Shown: positions 59,151-64,000 of the stretch, one piece after another
Numbering within the stretch: the stretch's first letter is position 1
Layout: each line of letters begins with the position of its first letter
DNA from: Perkinsus chesapeaki ATCC PRA-425
Lineage: Eukaryota > Protista > Perkinsozoa
Assembly: GCA_013115145.1 (NCBI GenBank)
Contig: JAAPAO010000001.1
Location: 62,001-126,000 of the forward strand
DNA: 64,000 bases
Direction: 5' to 3'
Notes under the pieces: generated by a model
Told to the model about the DNA's origin: nothing
Seen by the model: only the letters and a program-made list of their open reading frames with translations
Databases searched by the model: none
Program-made: the position numbers and the translations under genes

Positions 59151-60938
59151 TTAATGGGTACCGAAACTAACTATGTTTGATATGGTCGCACTAATCATGA
59201 CCAAAACACCAAAAACAAGTATTCCCATGTCCGACTTGTTGGTACCACCGATGAGCTTCATGTGACATATCGGAGGAGCTATGAATACTAACGGCAGACC
59301 GCACATGGACCCAATTAGTGAGATGAAGTGATCTAGATCCCGACCGGCTACCATCGCGATGCCGGCTAGGAATAATATATATATAAGCCTGAAGAGATTC
59401 TTGGCCATCTTCCGGCGTAATGGGACATGGCGTTGTTTGGGGAAGTAACCAGAGTAGTACTCGACAAGTCTAACAGCTGGTAATAGCTGAAAAGGGAATG
59501 TAATGAACACTGCCAAAGTGTACCTGACAAGGTGGTGAATGGCCCCATCGGGAGATAGATGACCTACATTGATTTCACAGCGGAGCTAAGTAGACTGCCC
59601 TGCGGTAAATTAGAAAGGACTATAGTCTGAGTGTAGGGCCCGAACTCGTAGTAGCCTGAGACGGAGATGATTAGCGGAAGGAACGGTATTATAAAACCGT
59701 CACCTGCAAGGCCAATGAATAGGAAAGATGCTGTTGTGACAGCGAAAGCTCGGCTGAAGACCTTTTCGAATTTTTGCGGCTCCTTCATTGAATCGTAAGT
59801 GGGCAGAATTAGTCCGATGCCCTCAAAAACGTACCTACAATTTCGGAATATGCCCGCCGCCTAAATCGAGGGACTCACAAGGCAGTTCCCATGAAGACCA
59901 GGAAGCCTCCGTCCCAGAAGTTGATGGGAGGATAGCTGCGCTCATGAGTTTCGCTGTGGAGGGCTGCCGCTTCCCCTGGGCCCGCCGTCACCATGAATGC
60001 TACTAGGCCGAAAAGGCTGAGTATAATGAGGACCTATCAAGGAGTTCAATACCGATTGCAACAGACCCTTACATTGGCAGTGAGATTTGTGAGGGAGAGC
60101 TTTGATACCTGACGGAACCAGCATAGTGGGGTTATGATGGCAGCCTGGAGGAGGACCTGAGGAGGCGGGCATCTAGATTAGATGGGAAGTATTGTGACCT
60201 TAGTGGAGAAGGGGAGAGAGGCAATCCATGGGCTGACATCTGAGGCCATATTGGCGACAAAAACGAAGTAGCCGGTGCATATGCCAGACTGCAAGGCCAA
60301 TAGGGAAAGGTCAATCATTATCCTTCCGAATTTGGATCCTGTGGCTTCAAGCATGATATCACCATAGCCTCCTTTGCGGACTATTCTACGGCATTGAACT
60401 AGCCTTAGCGAGCAGGTGCCAGCCATGAACGCTAGTATAGGTAGAACCAAGGTAGAGAAGAGCCAACCACCATTAACCCATGCACGGGGGAGATAGAGGA
60501 TACCAGAACCAAGATTGGCCTTCAGAATTGCTATGGCTACTGACGAAGCACTTGTACGGTGCCTCGAGCTAACATAGCTGTGGGCCTGTTCAATGGACTT
60601 GCTGCGGTCACCACCTATAAGGGGTTCTTCTATGGCGGCATCTGACAGAGTAGTGCGAGGCGAAATGGAGTTGTGGGCTTTACCTTTTAAGGATTCCTCA
60701 GCTTCATCGTCTGGTCTCCAACTATCTTCGAGGCGTGTTTCGGTATAGCCAGCATAGTTCCTGAAGCAGAAGAAGGCTTACGTAGACTGCAGAGGTGATT
60801 CAATGCCGAGCCAATGAAACGATGCGAGCCGGATGAGACAACACATGTCTTTTCTTGAGAGGTTTACCAGGAGAGATTACCTGAACATAAGAAGGTCGGC
60901 ATCATTAACTGGGCGAATTTGTGCAGCATTCGAAGACA
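59151..60938 (-). CDS. Amino-acid/proton symporter (Aa_trans, SLC36/AVT3-like)
   Basis: AILKANLGSGILYLPRAWVNGG, GYGDI...GSKFGRIMIDLSL...QSGICTGYFVFVA, MKEPQKF, LSNLP, FPFQLLPAVRL and LIGSMCGLPLVFIAPPICH. Start MSSNAAQ at 60938. Confidence 0.9.
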
Positions 60939-61242
60939 TCTATAAGGGTAAGAATTGTTATTAAAGTATTGTTATTGATTAAGATCTTGCGACGTGAAAA
61001 GCGCTCGCCCGTCGCCTATCAGGATCATTTTCAGTTTCGTCGTTCGTTCGGGTGAGCATCTGGAGATGATTTGCAACCAGACCCAAATCGGCAGAACTGG
61101 CTAAATCTCTTACATTAGCTCGACGAGCGTGACTGCGTTCTCGAGCATCAGGGTTTCTGGGGTTGGTTTCCCAAAGTTAGTAAGGTTAGCGTTAGGTCCA
61201 CAAGGCAGCATAAGCTTTCCTATCTTGCAGTTTTTGTGTACA

Positions 61243-62611
61243 ATGAGGGTTCTGCTTCTCCTGAGTATAGCAGCTCTGACATGCAACGCTGGTTGGTGGT
61301 CCAGTAGTAAGACAACCGAGGAGGAGGATGTGCCGTTTGATGACGAAGCACAGGACTATTACAGTAGTACTATAAAAGGGAGTTGGGCGTAGTGGTGATG
61401 GTTAGAACTGCTGGAGGTGAGCCCAGAGGCTACGGGACCGGAGATTAAGAAAGCCTATCGGCGATTATCATTGAAAAATCATCCAGATAAGGGTGGGGAT
61501 GAAGATCTTTTTCAAAAGGTAAGTTGATCGAGGTTTGGTAGTAATGGCCATCAGAGCGCTTAGATATCCCAAGCCTATGAAGTCCTTAGTGACCCCAACA
61601 AGCGCAGAGTGTAATACCGATGCCAGCACAAAGATGCCAGGCAGTATCTTTTATAGGTATGACTTAGATGGGGTTGAGGGACTGGAGGAGCTGGCCAAGA
61701 GGGAGGCTCAGGGATCGGCAGGCTTCCATGACCCTTTTGGTGACATGTTTGGCGGCTTCTTCGGTGGAGGTGGTGGAAGGTAATGAAGTTTGGAGCGCCG
61801 CTCGGCGGGGGAAGTAGTATTTTTAGGCGAAGATCCGACAAATCTCCCGATCTGGAATTGCCGCTTTTTGTCACCCTCAATGATCTCTATTCGGGGAAGA
61901 CCTTTACGTTAGATGCATTCAAGCAGAAAAGATGCGAAAGGTGTCGAGGTGGGCAGGAGACATGCATACTAGCGCTAGTGCTGGAAATGTTGCGCAGGCA
62001 CCGGAGCGCGGACCAAGAAGGATTTTAAAGACTGTCCAGCCTGCCAAGGTCAGGGATCAGTTGTTCGAATGGTCAAGCTGGGGCCGGGAATGTACCAGCA
62101 AATTCACGAACAGTGTGGGAAGTGTGGCGGGAAGGGGAAGATAGCGGCGAAAAAATGCCCGAAGTGCGGCGGAGCTAGAGTAGTGGCTGGCATGGATTCT
62201 TATGAGGTCGTAGTGGAGCGAGGGGTACCTGATGGGCATCGAATTAGCATTCCCTACGCTGGAGACGAGAGCCCTGAGAAGGCGGCTGGAGCTGTCACTT
62301 ATGTGATAAATACTATACCACATCCGACTATGCGAAGGGAAGGCCAGGATCTACGCATGGACTTCGTAATAACCTTGAGGGAATCTTTGCTGGGCTTTGT
62401 AAGGACAGTAGAGCATTTAGACGGCCATGAGGTAGTCCTGGATCGAATTGGTAAGGTAACGAAGTCAGGACTAGTGGTCCGGTATCCAGGGGAGGGAATG
62501 CCCTTAAAGGATGTACCAAGCGAGGCTGGCGACTTAGTCGTGAAGTTCCGTGTTGAATTCCCGGACAAACTGACAGAAGAGCAGATTGAAGGCCTGAAGA
62601 ACATCCTATAG
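61243..62611 (+). CDS. ER-targeted type I DnaJ/Hsp40 (Scj1/ERdj3-like)
   Basis: Signal peptide MRVLLLLSIAALTCNA, J-domain with IKKAYRRLSLKNHPDK, a G/F region, four CxxC Zn-finger motifs (CERCRG, CPACQG, CGKCGG, CPKCGG) and a DnaJ C-terminal domain. Confidence 0.92.
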
Positions 62612-62734
62612 CGGCGGCATCCTCTGCTCGCAGTTTTTAGCTCTTTCACCTACTAGTGCAAGGAGGTTGTTGCGTTGGGTCAGGTTGGGGTGCTCTGTTC
62701 AGATTGTTGTTGCTGTTGTTGAGGCCGCCCCAGA

Positions 62735-63085
62735 ATGTTTGAGCTCATCGTCGGTATAGCAGTTGGGGCGGGATTGGGTAATACTGGGAGATGGAAAAGG
62801 CCGCCTTCGTTGAAGGCTCCAGCAGGTGCATACTTCCCCTCTAAAATTCAACCATGCTTCGAACCATTTGTTAATGAAAGTAAGAAAATAATGACAACAC
62901 TGCGCGATAAGGTGAGGCTTTGTCTCATTGTCGGGCTATCATCTGTCCCTATATAGATCGTGATGGCCAAAGAGGAGTTGTCTAGCGGCCCTGGTGTGAC
63001 AGCGGCGATGGCCCCAAAGGATCGAGGGACAGGACGGCCATCTCAGTCACCAGTTTTAATCGCTCATCCAGCCGCATCTTCCTGA
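62735..63085 (+). CDS. Small protein with N-terminal membrane anchor
   Basis: Three exons splice in frame: MFELIVGIAVGAGL|GAYFPSKIQPCFEPFVNESKKIMTTLRDK|IVMAKEE...AASS*. Confidence 0.55.
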
Positions 63086-63202
63086 ATGATTTTGTAAAGA
63101 GGGGCCGGTTGTGTGTGGCCCGATAAATTAATCCGCACTTTGCCATATCTGAGTTGTCAATTAGGAGCAGGGAGGGGGTTTGAGGTGTGGCGTGCTCGCA
63201 GT

Positions 63203-64000
63203 ATGGACTCTACAATTCAGCTACCTCGGCGTCCACTTTCTGCAGCGAGCTCTAGGATGGCATCTGTGAGCACTCTGTCATCTAGAGGGGATGAGGCCGT
63301 AATAGCTGGTGTCGGTAGAGTCTTAACTGGGGGACTGTCAGGTGGCACCTGACACATTGGCGATGTCCCAGTCAAGCCTGTCCGAGTGCAGGGGAGCTAG
63401 AGGTGCCAGTATATCTTCGAAGGTGGGGAGGTGGGGAGAAGGTAGAAAGCTGAAGAACAGGTACGACAGTTAAGTGATAGGGTGCAGAGGGCGATCAGCG
63501 CTGATGAGGCTAAAATAGGCATGCTCTCTGAACAAGTCGGTAGAGCTGTCAGAACGTTACAGCACGCCACATCGGCCCCACAGGTGACCAGGCTGCGGGA
63601 GAATCTCCATAGTGACAAAGTGGCGGCAGAGCTGTTGGACGAGCGATTGGAGAAGGATATAAAGTTGGTGAGGCGATGGCAGTTGCATCCTTTTGGGGAG
63701 GGGGAACCATGCAGATAGAGTCATCGGTGGAACTTGACCTAGACGCCCTCACACGAGGTCGGAAGGAATCCCTGGCGAAGCTGGAGAAGGCTGCTAATAA
63801 TACCATTGCGGAGATGACTCAGGTAGCGTAGGGACTTTGGGATTTGGGGACATTGTGGTGCTCAGGAGTGCAAGGCTAGACAGGAGGAACATCAACGAAG
63901 GAAGAAGGAGATGTGCCGACAGGTCGGATGGCCCTTGGTGGGGGGGCCGCCGGCAGATGCTTTACAGGTAGCTGAGGGTGTGATGAGGTTGACGGCTGAG
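63203..64000 (+). CDS. Hypothetical coiled-coil protein (5' part, runs off window)
   Basis: MDSTIQLPRRPLSAASSR..., then VQRAISADEAKIGMLSEQV...LEKDIKL|IESSVELDLDALTRGRKESLAKLEK, with GT-AG introns. Confidence 0.5.

Overview
Gene-dense eukaryotic DNA with many short (about 30-60 nt) GT-AG introns and very short intergenic gaps, many of them divergent. The style and gene content suggest a Perkinsus-like alveolate parasite; this is inference, with no taxonomic marker in the window. The ORF track is mostly exon fragments and antisense noise, so I built gene models by hand-splicing, and some boundaries are approximate. Recognisable genes: an EF-hand calcineurin-B/NCS-like protein, DRC12/CCDC153-like, a lipase maturation factor, a secreted Hedgehog-type Hint+SRR (Hog) autoprocessing protein, LSM6, and an HPR/RAP-like organellar protein that carries a tRNA-Arg(UCG) inside one of its introns. 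Further on: three tandem inward-rectifier K+ channels plus an inverted pseudo-fragment, NatB subunit NAA25/MDM20, the cap2 methyltransferase CMTR2, and three tandem paralogous giant secreted coiled-coil genes flanking a GPI-anchored mucin and a small secreted protein. The window ends with an amino-acid transporter and an ER type-I DnaJ. The best candidates for undescribed biology are the Hog precursor with an unrecognised passenger domain, the secreted coiled-coil trio with a shared upstream element, and the Kir array with His at the rectification site. The Kir array also shows signs of intron loss, intron sliding and gene conversion. I saw no CRISPR array, rRNA, spliced-leader relic or intact transposon.
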